A DNA stretch of 64,000 nt from Hemiscyllium ocellatum (taxonomy: Eukaryota). Positions 62,761-64,000 of this stretch are shown here, in pieces (within the stretch, counting starts at the first letter, position 1; each line of letters starts with the position of its first letter). The DNA lies in the NCBI RefSeq assembly GCF_020745735.1, contig NW_026867716.1, positions 1 to 64,000 on the forward strand. Direction: 5' to 3'. Both the position numbers and the translations under genes were made by a program. Below the pieces are notes generated by a model, which was not told where the DNA came from, searched no databases, and saw nothing but the letters and a program-made list of their open reading frames with translations.

Positions 62761-64000
62761 TTAAAATGACCAAGGTAATGTTAGCTGCTCTTGATGGACA
62801 GGCAAAATCTCCGGTGTGAGATTATTGATGATCATTTCAATCCGTTCAACCACAACATTGATTACTCTTCTTGAGTCATTTAGTCTGTAGCTTGCCTTCT
62901 TATCAGGAGTAGCTCCCTTATTCCTTGTTACATTCAGTGTTAACTCTTTCCTGTCTACCCAGAACAGATCCTTGATGTTGCATTGACTCCTTCTTCTCAG
63001 GGATGGCTAATTAACATTTGCTTTTAATTCCTTGATTACAGTTTCTACTTGTCCCTAGTACCACTGCATTTCAGAAAAAAGTCATTATTGATTCATTTAA
63101 GCTCTGAATCATTACCAAAGTTCTGAAGTTTACATTCTCACAGCCCCTCATTATTCTAAACTTCAGGGGAAACAAACCCAGCCTGTCCTCCCTCTCCTCA
63201 TGAGACAACCTCCTTCTCAATCTCAGAAACCTCCTTTGAGCCAGCACCAATATCCTTCATTGTGTACAGCATTTGAGATGTGATCTCAGAACTGCCTTGT
63301 ATATCTAAAATAACATGTTTACATTTATATCCAATTCCTCTTTTATTCAAGGAGAGCATTTTATTAACCTTCCTGAATCCATGGTGTAAGATTGTACCTA
63401 CCTTTGTGACCTGATTCCCACCACATGTTAGAATTCTGCAGTGGTTCTCCATTCACATATTTCTCTACTTTTTCCCTGTGTTTCGTGTGTCTGCCCTGCC
63501 CAATGTCTGTACTCTGTGATCAGTACAGGCGAATCCAACTCTCCTGTTCAGTGCTTTAACCAGATGATGACATCATGATCACATTGTGGTTTGTGGCAGC
63601 TTGCAGTAAGAAATTAGTTGACTGCAAACATAAAAATAGAGCTTCATCTGCTGTAAGGGGTTATTCAGTGCCCTGAGATCATGAAAAGTTAGGCATAAAT
63701 GCATTTATTTTCATTCTTGTAATGAGAAATGCAACAACCAGTTTGTGAAGAGTAATGTCCCACAAACAGCACTGTGTTCAATCAGTTAGCCTGTGTATTT
63801 TCATGATGTAGCCTGAGGGATGAGTGATGGTGAGGACACAATGATCTGGGTTGAGGGATGAGTGACAAGGACACTGTAGAGAGCTCCTCTGTTCTTCATT
63901 GAAATAATGCATGTGGAATTGTTCACATCCACCTGAGAAAGCAGGCCAGTGCAACCTTTAACATCTCAGCCACAAGATAACACTTTAGACATTGCAGCGC

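Noticed and set aside
63490-63570. CLYSVI ITIM-like frame as the terminal exon
   Set aside because: No AG acceptor upstream of the motif in that frame; nearby acceptors give tyrosine-free peptides.

Overview
Repeat-rich vertebrate genomic DNA, most likely from a shark or other elasmobranch (HE1-type V-SINEs, CR1 LINEs with esterase ORF1, Penelope-like elements). Most ORF-track entries are CR1, L2, Penelope or Gypsy fragments. Read by eye, the + strand carries an Ig-superfamily receptor locus. In order: candidate leader exon (6163-6253), Siglec-15-like V exon with the conserved F-strand Arg (20044-20430), second V exon (25717-26064), a duplicate leader-V1-V2 cassette whose two V exons are both inactivated (33751-43689), an uncharged TM exon (45463-45579), and four phase-compatible cytoplasmic mini-exons, one encoding an ITIM (ILYAEI). 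The last exon was not found and may lie beyond the window. The intact ectodomain cassette has no TM exon of its own, and the intact tail lies behind a dead cassette, so a functional mRNA would have to skip the dead cassette or the locus uses a shared tail. Penelope-derived elements supply several minimal hammerhead ribozymes, including hairpin-shaped non-autonomous insertions with target-site duplications. Identities and protein-family matches are by eye and from recalled sequences; no database search was run.
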